Shown here piece after piece: positions 32,801 to 45,816 of a DNA stretch of 64,000 nucleotides; position 1 is the stretch's first letter; each line of letters starts with the position of its first letter. The stretch lies in NCBI RefSeq assembly GCF_032191835.1, contig NC_083223.1, forward strand, positions 233,678,001 through 233,742,000. Direction: 5' to 3'. The position numbers and the translations under genes were made by a program. The notes beneath the pieces were generated by a model. The model was not told the origin of the DNA. It searched no databases and saw only the letters and a list, made by a program, of their open reading frames with translations. This DNA is from Heteronotia binoei. Lineage: Eukaryota.

Positions 32801-35800
32801 CTGATCTCTCTGCTCACGACCTGAGTTCAATTCCGGCGGAAGCTGGATTCAGGTAGCCAGCCCAAGGTTGACTCAACCTTCCATCCTTCCGAGGTCGGTA
32901 AAATGAGTACCCAGCTTGCTGGGGGGGGGGGGGAGGGAAGTGTAAAAGACTGGAGAAGGCAATGGCAAACCACCCCGTAAAAAAGTCTGCCGTGAAAATG
33001 TTGTGAAAGCAACGTCACCCCAGAGTCGGAAGCGACTGGTGCTTGCGCAGGGGACCTTTCCTTTTTCCTTTCCTTACCTATGTTCCTGTGACTCTTGCAC
33101 TTAGCAGCAATGATTTCCCAAGCTACTGAAAGTAGATGGGCATTAGGAACCTTTTAAAGCTACATCTGTTGTTCAGCACCCATAAACTGATTTTTCCTCC
33201 TTTCTGAAAGAGCCACTACAAACTTTCTCAAACTTCCTGACTGAAATGCTGTGAGGGAGCTGGGGTCCAAGGCCATTACTGGAGAAAAGAGATGCTTTTT
33301 ACAATCTCCTTTACTACCATGCATTATGATGTCAGGATAGGAGTATTTAGTACTCCCAAGAGGAAGGCCCAATGAGCCCAATGTCTCCTTGTAAGGAACT
33401 GGCTGCTTCAGTCTGAGGCTCTTTCCATGGCTCCTTTCCTAACGGTTACTGAAGGGTCTATTGCAGAGGTGGCCAAACTTAAAGTAAGAGCCACATAGAA
33501 TAAACATCAGATGTTTGAGGGAGGGAGGGAGGGGAGAAAGGAAGGAAGGAAGGCAAATAAAGGAGAGAGGGAGGTGGAAAGAAAACAACTTTAAACTGCT
33601 GGCTTGGCTTGGAGAAGTGATTTAAAGAGACAAATGCCTGGCTGATGGGTGGTGAGGAGAGTCATCTAATATGTGTGAAAGAGCCACAGGTGACTCCCAA
33701 GCCACAGTTTGGCCACCCTGGTCTATTGCAACAACTTTCATTCCAGCTTCCTCTCTACCCCTCCTGGAGGTCTCTTTATGGTCCCTGCTGCCACAGTGCC
33801 CCACAGGGCATTCCCCTCTGCCTACAGCTTGCTTATTTTTTACACTGAGTCAAGCCTGGCTCCTCTTGCTTTGTTTCTCTCACAGGGAAAATCTGAATTC
33901 CACTGATGTGGATGGTAAGTTTTGTGGGCTGATGCTGGAGCTGAAAAACTCCAGCCTCACAGTATAGCTTTGCGCGTCAGGATAAAGAAGTAAACAGAAC
34001 CTGACCTTTGATAATGATGGGCAACTTGTTTTTGTCACTCTCCACTCGTTCCTTAGGCCGCCAATACAAGTTATGTCTTTTGGAACTGTACAAGGCTCTC
34101 CTTCTCTCCCTCCAGGTCATGTTGGTCAAGCCCTCTCGCTCCTTCTTGTAGGCCTCTGTGTGCTCCTTTTGTTTTGCTTCTATGACCTCTAGATCTTTCT
34201 TTATTTTCTCCTGTTGTTCAGCATAGACTCTCCATTCAATAACTTCACGAGCCCTTTGCTTGGCAGAAGAACATGACAATTACCATGCTGGATCACAGCG
34301 CTATAGAATGGTTTTAAAATTGATATAAGTAAATTATGGTTTTATATGTTTTATTGGATTGATTGTATTTTATGATGTAAGCCGCCCTGAGTCCGCTTGT
34401 GGAGAGGGCGGGATATAAATTGAAATAAATAAATAAATACATACATACATACATACATACATACATACATACATACAGTGGGATCCATCTAGCTTAACAT
34501 TAGGTCTTCACCAGTGAGTCAGACAGAACTGCTGCAAAACTCACAGCCAGGGTCTGATGGAGTCAACCATCCCCTATTGTTTTCTTCAAGCATCAGATAC
34601 TCAGGTATTTTCCTTCTCAATATGAAAGCTCCATCTAATTACTCTTTATACAGAAGTCCATCCATTTTGGTCATATTTTAGAAGAGCAAATAAAGCTCTA
34701 TACACTTTGCCTTCTGCAGAGCCTTTATTACGAGCAACAAGCTCAAGGCAAAAGGAAAAGGATTCAGTGGAATAAGAGAAAAGGGGCAGAAATGAGGAGG
34801 ACTCCTCTCTGCTACACTAGTGAGAAATGGGGAAAGAAGCTCTAACAAAACAGAACAGAGCTAGCTTACAACTGGCTAAAGTTCCAGTCATGTTCTCGTA
34901 CATGTTCTTGTACTCTATACTTGAAGCCAAGTTGTCATCCTAAACCATTCATTTCCTCTAGAATCTCTTTGCTGCAGCAGGCCCTCTTATACCTCTACTG
35001 GATTGGTGTCTGGGATAACTGACCCATTTGTCTAGTGTCTGAATCAGCTTCTGGGTTCAAATCCCAAAACTATGGTACCTCAGTCTCCACTTCGAGTATG
35101 TCCTCTCCAGTTGAAGGAACATCCTTCCATCCTACAATCTCCACTGGCATGCCCGGGGAGGCAGTCTCCATTGCCTTGCCATTTTCATCAAACATGAGGC
35201 GCACTTTTGCCCAGCTTTTTCCTGCAACCAAAATACAGCCCTTTCTCAGAGTTCCTCTTTGGATAATAGCTGTGGTTACTGGACTAGATGGGGGAGAAAA
35301 GAAAGAAAATTACATTTGGTTCCACATTTGTAAGTACAGATAGATCATGTCAGTTTATGTTTTGTGAAAGAAAAAAAACATGGACTTCACCAGGACATTT
35401 CTCTTCAAGTGTTTCCCCATTGCACTGAGAAGGTGTTAAAGACAGAAAAGAGAGAAATGTTTTCAGTGGTTATCACCCAAATGGCTGTGTGCAGAGCACC
35501 AGATACGAACAGAGTGAGTCTGCCTGCAGTCTTCAAATGGCTCTGTATTTTGCAGTTTGAATTGAGTATCTTTTTCTCCTGAGGTTTTAAGTTATATTAC
35601 AAACAGCAAAATGGTGAGAAAAGAAAGTATAAGAAAATGTATGCATTAATCAATTTCAGTGGACATTTTCCAAAAAGTTCTGAAGTTTTTATGCCAGTGT
35701 ACAATATACAGATAATGATGATGCAAATATTCTGGATCATGATTTTTTAAAAATATGCACAATGCAAGAAATGTTAGCAAGTTCACATATCACATGAACA

Positions 35801-38800
35801 AAAGTTGCTACCTCACACAAAGTCAGACCGCTGATCCACCTAGCTCTATATAACCTACTTTGACTGGCAAGGGTCTCAGACAGAGAGACTTCCTTTCCCC
35901 TCTTTTTAAAACTGCAGATGCCATGAATAGAATCTAACACCTTTGGCATGCAAAGTAGGTGCCTTCTTGCTTTAAAACGGTGAGCCAAAAGTTGCTGGTT
36001 TAAAATAAGTATCTACTCAAACAAAGTTGGGAATTCCAATATAACTAATTATGCAAAAGATTACAGTTCTGGCAGAAAATGAAAAGATGCATGACACTGT
36101 GCCTTACCCTTTTCCTTTGTCTGTTCGAGACTCTATGATGGTTCCTTCTACTAGGCCTGTGAAGTCTGCCTTCAGTTCCAAAACTTCAGCAAGCGTGACA
36201 GTTGCTTCTGCCAAAGCCATCAAGTTGTCACCCTATGCCCAATCAGAGAGTTCAGTGGAGAATGACAAGTCACAATAGGATCAAGAAAACGGAGCCCTGA
36301 CACATAGCTCTACCAATGACTTTGGGAGATTTTTAGACCTAATACTTAACAGTTTTGCTTAGAAGACAATTTAGGACTGGGACAAAACTGCAAAATGGGG
36401 AGGGACGATGGCTCAGTGGTAGAGCATCTGCTTGGGAAGCAGAAGGTCCCAGGTTCAATCCCCGGCATCTCCAAAAAAGGGTCCAGGCAAATAGGTGTGA
36501 AAACCCTCAGCTTGAGACCCTGGAGAGCCGCTGCCAGTCTGAGAAGACAATACTGACTTTGATGGACCAAGGGTCTGATTCAGTATAAGGCAGCTTCATA
36601 TGTCCATATGCAGTAACCAGTTAGAGGCTGCTACCATGAGCCATTCATCAGCTGCATCATCATCAGTCAGTTTTTCTTTACACTCAACTTTCGTTCTTGT
36701 TTGGAGTTTTGAACATACATGATTCATTATTCAAGTGGATTACTAAATTTCACAAATTAAAAAAAATTCTCTCATCACCCAACAGTGGCTCCCTCAAATG
36801 AACCAACTAAAACTTTTTTGATTTATATATCAATGAGGATTTTTTTCCTGTATAGAAACAATAAATACACAAAAACATCTGCACACTTCCTGTAGTGTCC
36901 TTCCAATCCTCTTCTTGAGCCCTGCTCTCAGTGCCTGCAGAGGTGATGTGCGTGGCAACCAGAGACCAGGCTTCTTCAGCAGTGGTGCCTGGAATGTACC
37001 CCCCCACACACACACACCTTGAGGTTTGCAGGCCAAAACGTTTCTTTTTACCCTCACTTTTAACTGTGGGGGTGGGTCTCATCTTTTAGAGCTGTTTTTA
37101 TGGTCTGCTCCTAGCCTGAATGTCTTTATTCTCCTGGCTGGTTTAATTATTCATAATTTATTCATAATTTGTGCTTTAAAAACATTATTTTATTGTATTT
37201 TTACCCTGTGAGCTGCCTCAAGTAGGCCTCTGGAGAGGCAGCAGATAAACATTTTTAATTAAATAATATTTATTAAATGAAACACCTTATGGTAGAAATC
37301 CACCTGGAACTAGATTGTGCAAAAATCCAACATGCTTTTGGTTCATGAGCCAAGTTGAGTTTGCAAACATGTTATATCCTAATGTTTGCTGGTCCCTTTC
37401 TGCAGTCTAGTTCAAGACAGATTTTCACACTATAGAGATTTCAGAATGTCATCTTGTTGCAAAAACAGCCCACATGAATATTGCACTATTTACTGAAAAC
37501 ACTTGCATCCTACCTTTTGATCCTGATGTACCAAGATGAATCACCATAATTCTGTTTTCATTTTCCAGAAATCAAGTAAACAGAAATCCCAGTTTGCACA
37601 ACAATGGCCTTGAAATGCTCCATTACCTTCAATGCGGAGATGTTGATAGTCTGAACATCTCCTCCATAGTCTTCACAAACCACATCATGAGCAAGCAGCA
37701 TTTTCTTCACTCTTTCAGGATCAGCTTGAAGCTTGTCACATTTGTTGATGGCAACAATAATTGGAACTGAGAACAGCACAGCAATGAAAAAAGGGAGGGA
37801 GAAGAAAGAGGAAAGAATGAGAAAGGCAAAAACAAAGTTAGATTTTTTTTCCCCCGGCAAGGTCTTCCTTCAAATAAAAGTAGTTTTATTTGCTACATCA
37901 CTTCTATTTAATCATTTCCAATGGAACAACTTATTGATATTTATTAAAGCATTTACAACCTGCCTTTCCTCTCAGTTCAAAGCCACTTACAATCTATATT
38001 AATAATTCTCTTATCGCCATGGCCAAACCGAGGATGGCCATTTGCTAATGTTTTGAGAACAAACAACTGGCCCATCACATATCAGTTAGTGTCTCTGGCA
38101 TTCCATTGGCTGACTTCCCTGCCCTGCCTACTCCGACCCAGGAATGTTGAATAAACTGCCAGAAGCAGTCTTACCTCAGAGACAGCTACATCTCTTAGCT
38201 CTTCTCTGTCAACCTGCTTCAGAAAGGGCTGCAGAGCTCCTGTGGCCTCACAAAAGGCCCTGTGAACAGCCCACACAGAGGGCTTCCCAGAACACACAGC
38301 CTCCGAAGGCCACTCCAACAGCCAGGGAGCCTGACTCCGCCTCAGAGGGCATGGCTGTCCCACCTTTACTGTCTTTCACTCCCTCTCTCCCTCCTCTCCT
38401 CAGCCTTGCCCCAAGATGGTTGCCTGAGAAGGAGATAAGGAAGCCTCACAGAGTGTTTGTTCAGATCAAAGGGGGGAGAGAAATGAGGAGAATGATGTCA
38501 GCTGCTTTGGTCCCCCTCTCCCACACACACACTGTGAAGAAAGACTGTCCTTTTCCTTAGAGGCCGCAGGGTTGGCAACTCCAGGTTAGGAACTTCCAGA
38601 TGGCAGAGATCAGCTCCCCTTGAGGTACGGGGAGGGAGGTGGAGGGATTAATGCCTTCACTTGGGTGGGTGGGAAGACAGCAAGGCTGGGGGGGGGGGGG
38701 GCGGCACTTGCCCAGAGGCCTTTAGTGGTACCTTTCCAAGCTGGTGGGAAATTCCTAAAGGATCACTACAGGCCTCTGAGGGAAAGGCCTTTCCTCCTGG

Positions 38801-41800
38801 GGAACCACTGTTGTCAATCTCCAGGTGAGGGCTGGAAATCTCTCAGAATTACAACTGCTACCCTGATAGATGGCAGAGATCAGTTCCCCTTGAGGTGCAG
38901 GCAGGGGGAGTGAATGCCTTCACTTGGGTGGGTGGGAAGATAGCAAGGCTGTGGGGGGGGGGGGCACTTGCCCAGAGGCTTTTAGTGGTACCTTTCCAGG
39001 TGGGTGGGAAATTCCTAAGGGATCACTACAGGCCTCTGAGGAAAGGGCCTTTCCTCCTGGTGAACTGCTGTTGCCAATCTCCAGGTGAGGGCTGGAGAAA
39101 TCTCAGAATTTTAACTGATCTCCAGATACATGGCAGAGATCAGCTCCCCTTGAGGTGGGGAGAATTAATGCTTTCACTTAGGTGGGTGGGAAGACAGCCA
39201 GATGGGGGGGGGGCATTTGCCCAGAGGTTTTTAGTGGTACCTTTCCAGGTTGGTAAGAAATTCCCAAAGGATAACTACAGGCCTCTGAGAGAAAGGTCTT
39301 TCCTCCTGGGGAACCACCAGAAACCTTAGTGTCATTTTCCTATGTAGAAGTTGCAGGGTGAGGGAAGGCAATGGAAAGCTGAAGTCAGAGGGGCATACAA
39401 AGGAAAGGAGATAGGGTTGCCAACTTCAGGAGGGATAGGGCCTGGAGAGGATAGGGTTTGAGAAGAGATAGGACCTCAGACAGGTACAATGCCATTTCCT
39501 TCTGGGGAGCCACAGGAGATCATTCAGATTTACAACTGCTCTCTAGATGGCACAGATTAGCTCCCCTTGAGGTGGGAGGGGGGCAGTCAATGCCTTCACT
39601 TGGGTGGGTGGGAAGACAGCAAGGGTGGCAGGCACTCGCCCAGAGCCTCCTTCTAGAGCAGGGGTGACCAAACTTGCTTAAGAGCCACACAGAATAACCG
39701 TCAGATGCTTGAGAGCCACACAACATGGACATTAGATGTTTAAGAGTCACAAGGAAAGCAGGAAGGAAGATCAAGGAGGGAGAGAGATAGAAAGAATGCT
39801 ACTTTAAATGTATTCTCTAAGCGGCTGGCTAGCTTGCTTTGAGAAGAAGGGATTTAAAGAAAGAAGTGTCTTCTCCAAGCTGGCTGGCGGAGCAGTGGGG
39901 GCTTCAAGAGCCACACAACATTTGTGAAAGAGCCACAGGTAGCTCCTGAGCCATAGTTTGGCCACCCTGTTCTAGAGCCTGTTGTATTTTTCTTCACAAC
40001 GGGCGTTACTCCTAGTAAGAGATAATGCTCTTGTTCGTGCACCGAAAGATAAGGACTGTATTGATGACCCTGAGAGGAGATAGGGCTATGTGCAGTATGT
40101 CAAAGTAGAGCTTTATCCTTAAAACAAAATCAATTAGAATTACCTTTGGCATTTTTAGCATGTTGAATAGATTCCACAGTCTGCTTCATTACTCCATCTT
40201 CTGCTGCTACTACCAATATTACGATATCAGTGACATATGTTCCTCTTGCTCTCATAGCTGAAAATGCAGCATGGCCAGGAGTATCAAGAAAAGTGATCTT
40301 TTCCCCAGAAGGCAAGTGCACTGCGGAAGCAATGAAAAGACTCACATAATGTCTTGAATAAAGATTCAGTGCTCCCTGCACCATTTTAATGAAACATTCG
40401 GCACAAATGGCCATTTCTATAAAGGTGGCAATAACTTTTCAGTAAAGAAAAATTCTGATTTCTGGACATAAGTGTCTGGTTTCTAAACACTGAAATCTTC
40501 TTCAACTGCTGCAGTCGATGCTCCACTGTAAACCCTCTCTGAGGACAAAGCTTTCTTCAAATAATTCCTCCTTAGGCTTGCAATTCCGTGCTGTAGAATT
40601 TAGAGCAGGATCAATCGCTGAATGCCTAAACTGAGAATTGTAAAGACACATTCAACTATTATAAACATTTGTCTGGGGCACATTCAAATGTCTTAATAAG
40701 TCTCTGTCCAAATTGAACATGAATAAATCTCATATTTATGCATTCTTGGTCCCATCTTCCCCAGTATCAAAGGCTTCCCAAACCAGGAGACTTCCAATCA
40801 AACTTCATTTTGCTATGGCATCTGAATGCAGAAATGTGAACAAACTGGAGTTTATTTCCACTCCCCAAACTAAGCTAGGATTACAATGTGATTTACAATT
40901 TAGGCGACGAAGACACAAATTCCACTTTGCCTAAATGCTCATATTCAGAATTACAGCAAACTGAGGCTTTGTTGAAGGCTTCTCATATCAGAAAGCTTTC
41001 AGTGGCACTCCATGCAAGAGGGGAGGAGGGATATAATCAATAGGTTGATGTCATCCAGCTTTTGTTTCTCCTTATCCAGATCTCCTGGTAACATAGTAGA
41101 GGTCCTGAATCACTGCCTGTCTGCTGTGGTTAATTGTTAGATTGAAAAAAAATGAAACTAAATCTTGACAAGACACTGCTGGTTGGGAAAGTGAAGATCT
41201 TGAAAGACAATGTGCTCCCCACTTCTGATGGGAGTTCAGCTGACCCTTGTTGACTTAGTTAAAAGCCCTGAGGGTCATACTGGATCCAACATTACTACTG
41301 GCAGGAATCATTTTGTAGAAAAATAGGTGGTGGAGCTTATCCAGGGATTGTTATGCAGCTGCACATACTATTCAATGGACATGGAGGTGGAACTCTCAGA
41401 AGGAGGAGGTGGAACTCTCAGAAAGGTTCAGGAGCTCTGCTCCTGTGAGCTCCCACTGAATCCGAGGCCTGACTACTGGAGAAGCAAGTAAATGCAAGCG
41501 GCATAATTTTCTTCCAGCTTAATCTAGTCAGAAAGAAGGATGAATACTTTAATTCAACCAATCTCAGCTCTTCTATAGTGCTTGTATACAGCTCCCCACC
41601 CTCTGGCTTCCTATTGTCATCAATGAGGCCTTTGGGACAGCAGGAAACAGACAGGCATCCCCCCAACATCCCAGGATCTGAGCCAAGTTCACCTCCACCT
41701 TTTACAGACCATCAATGGGGCCACGACCTTGAGACAGGAAGCAGCCCAGATGTCCCTCATTGTCCTTGGATCTAGATCAATCCCTTCCCCAAGAAACATA

Positions 41801-44800
41801 GTGCACTCTAGATCAAGCTACATTTGGTACTTAATAAATAATGACATTTCCCCCCCTTAAAGCAACATTCAGTTAGAACAGTAAACCTGAGCAAGGGGGT
41901 TATCAGACAAATAAATCATACCTAGAAAGGCACCAATATGCTGGGTGATGCCTCCTGCCTCCATTGCGGCCACCTGAGTTTTTCGCAGGCTGTCAAGAAG
42001 AGTTGTTTTCCCGTGGTCAACATGGCCCAGTATGGTAACAACTGGAGGCTTCGGGGTTAATAAAGCTGGATCTGCAGGAGGCCTGCAACAAACAGTAATG
42101 CATTTGTTTGCGACAGAAACTGTCCTTGGGTTCCTCCTCAAGAGTCTTTTTAATGGGCTCCTTAATTATGCTAAGCAACACAAATCTCAGCATGTTATCA
42201 TCATCATCCACAAGCCACAGCTCAGTGAAGTCCAGCACAGACATCTCCTTTCTACAGAAAGAGGAAGGTTCAAGAATGTATGGCTAAATGGAACACTGTA
42301 ACCCTTTCACTGTAAAAGGTTTTGTATCTCTCAGGGCTTCCCTTAAGCAGGAACAGAAAAGCAGTTACAGGAAAAAAAGGGGATATAAGCAAACACAGGA
42401 AGAACCAAAGATGTTACCTCCTTACAGCATCTTTATTTTCTTTGACTTTATCCTCTTTTAGCTTGGCCCATTTAGGTTTCATACCAGATTTCTTAATAAT
42501 GTGCTTGATCCACACTTCATTTAAGACTGAGTCTGGTTCCAGTGCATCTAAATCAACGTCCATGTTTAACAGAGCTTCATATATGTGATCTAATTACAGA
42601 AGCAAAAAGACATGTCCTTAATAATGCTTAAATTGCGGTGAAGACACACAAATTTACAGACACCCTCTGTCATGAATGCTCCAGCCAACAGATGAGGCCT
42701 ATAGCTAACCTAGGGTGGCCATAATGTCTGAAGGCCAGCCAGGGACACCTTGGGGGGGGGGGGAGGTAGGGTTGCGCGCGCAAAGCGAGCTAGACTGCTG
42801 TTCTTTTGAGGGGTTATAGAGTGTTTCGAGCCCGTCCCTGTGGCATCGGTCGCATCGTTGTGGGACTCAGGGGGCCGGCGCAGCGGCACGCCGAAGCAGC
42901 CTGTCACTAATAACACAGGTCGAGATGCAGGACAGGAACCTGGAAGTGACCGACAGGCTGCTTCAGCGTGCCGCTGCGCCGGCCCCCTGGGCCCCACAAC
43001 GATGGGACTGATGCCACAGGGACGGGCTCGAAACACTCTATAACCCCTCAAAAGAACAGCAGTCTAGCTCGTTTCCCCCGAGCCCTGCCGCCATAAGCCT
43101 CAAGGGGGCTCATTTTGCGGCATCTCCCGGCGGGAGGGTGGCACCCGCACGGGACACATATCAAATGAAAGAGGGGGCGCAGGGCTATCAGAAACAGCCG
43201 GCAGAGGGAGTCGGGAGACCACCCCACTGGGGGATCCACACCCCGAAAGTGATGAAGGTGGCGCAGATAGAGCCAACAGAGCAAACAGGACAAAATAAAT
43301 AGGCTGCATTATGCAGCACAGTTGAGAAAGTGCCTTATCCCATATACTGATGAAGTAAATACAGGATCTGAGAACAAAATTGCACCAGAAGACACAAACA
43401 CAAAGCTCCCTTACACTGAATCAGTGCTTGGGTCCACCAAAGTCAGTACTGTCTAGTCCAGTCACAAACACAAAGCTCCCTTACACTGAATCAGTGCTTG
43501 GGTCCACCAAAGTCAGCATTGTCTAGTCCAGTCACAAACACAAAGCTCCCTTACACTGAATCAGTGCTTGGGTCCACCAAAGTCAGTATTGTCTACTCTA
43601 GTCACAAACACAAAGCTCCCTTACACTGAATCAGTGCTCGGGACCACCAAAGTCAGTATTGAGGAGGCATGTGAGGAGGAAACTGAAAGGAAAGGTAAAT
43701 ACGGTCAAAACCCTTGGGGAAGCTTGGAGACTATTTAAAACTATAATCCTAGAAGCTCAGATAAAATACATACCACAAGTTAGGAAAGGCACAAACAGGT
43801 ATAAGAAGAGGCCAGCATGGTTAACAAACAAAGTAATGGAAGCTGTAAAAGGTAAGAAGGACTCCTTTAAGCGGTGGAAAACCAGTCCAAGTGAGATTAA
43901 TAAAAGGGAACACAGGCAGTGGCAAATCAAATGCAAGACTGTGATCAGGCAGGCAAAAAGGGACTATGAGGAGCATATTGCAAAAAACATTAAGACCAAC
44001 AATAAAAATTTCTTCAAATATATTAGAAGTAGGAAACCAGCCAGGGAAGCAGTGGGGCCCTTGGATGACCATGGGGTAAAAGGATTACTGAAGGAGGATG
44101 GGGAAATGGCTGAGAAGCTGAATGCATTTTTTGCCTCCGTCCTCACCGTGGAAGATGAGAAGTGTTTGCCCGCCCCAGAACCACTAATATTGGAAGGGGT
44201 GTTGAAAGACCTGAGTCAGATTGAGGTGACAAAAGAGGAGGTCCTACAACTGATAGACAAATTAAAAACTAATAAGTCACCGGGTCCGGATGGCATACAT
44301 CCGAGAGTTCTGAAAGAACTCAAAGTTGAACTTGTGGATCTTCTAACAAAAATCTGTAATCTTTCATTGAAATCTGCCTCCGTTCCTGAGGACTGGAAGG
44401 TAGCAAATGTCACCCCCATCTTTAAAAAGGGTTCCAGAGGAGATCCGGGAAATTACAGGCCAGTCAGTCTGACTTCAATACCGGGAAAGTTGGTAGAAAC
44501 CATTATCAAGGACAGAATGAGTAGGCACACTGATGAACACGGGTTATTGAGGAAGACTCAGCATGGGTTCTGCAAGGGAAGATCTTGCCTCACTAACCTG
44601 TTACATTTCTTTGAGGGGGTGAACAAACATGTGGACAAAGGAGACCCGATAGATGTTGTTTACCTTGACTTCCAGAAAGCTTTTGATAAAGTTCCTCATC
44701 AAAGGCTCCTTAGAAAGCTTGAGAGTCATGGAGTAAAAGGACAGGTCCTCTTGTGGATCAAAAACTGGCTGAGTAATAGGAAGCAGAGAGTGAGTATAAA

Positions 44801-45745
44801 TGGGCAGTCTTCGCAGTGGAGGACGGTAAGCAGTGGGGTGCCGCAGGGCTCGGTACTGGGTCCCATCCTCTTTAACTTGTTCATAAATGATTTAGAGTTG
44901 GGAGTGAGCAGTGAAGTGGCCAAATTTGCGGATGACACTAAATTGTTCAGGGTGGTGAGAACCAGAGAGGATTGTGAGGAACTCCAAAGGGATCTGTTGA
45001 GGCTGGGTGAGTGGGCGTCAACGTGGCAGATGCGGTTCAATGTGGCCAAGTGCAAAGTAATGCACATTGGGGCCAAGAATCCCAGCTACAAATACAAGTT
45101 GATGGGGTGTGAACTGGCAGAGACAGACCAAGAGAGAGATCTTGGGGTCATGGTAGATAATTCACTGAAAATGTCAAGACAGTGTGCGTTTGCAATAAAA
45201 AAGGCCAACGCCATGCTGGGAATTATTAGGAAGGGAATTGAAAACAAATCAGCCAGTATCATAATGCCTCTGTATAAATCGATGGTGCGGTCTCATTTGG
45301 AGTACTGTGTGCAGTTCTGGTCGCCGCACCTCAAAAAGGATATTATAGCATTGGAGAAAGTTCAGAAAAGGGCAACTAAAATGATTAAAGGGCTGGAACA
45401 CCTTCCCTATGAAGAAAGGTTGAAACGCTTAGGGCTCTTTAGCTTGGAGAAACGTCGACTGAGGGGTGACATGATAGAAGTTTACAAGATAATGCATGGG
45501 ATGGAGAAAGTAGAGAAAGAAGTACTTTTCTCCCTTTCTCACAATACAAGAACTCGTGGGCATTCGATGAAATTGCTGAGCAGACAGGTTAAAACGGATA
45601 AAAGGAAGTACTTTTTCACCCAAAGGGTGATTAACATGTGGAATTCACTGCCACAGGAGGTGGTGGCGTCCACAAGCATAGCCACCTTCAAGAAAGGGTT
45701 AGATAAAAATATGGAGCAGAGGTCCATCAGTGGCTATTAGCCACA

Positions 45746-45816
<71 letters not shown>

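Noticed and set aside
35035-36278. Plus-strand ORFs (35035-35343, 36051-36278; likewise 7467-7826, 13615-13905, 19615-19833)
   Set aside because: Antisense shadows of MTIF2 or CLHC1 exons with no independent coding signal
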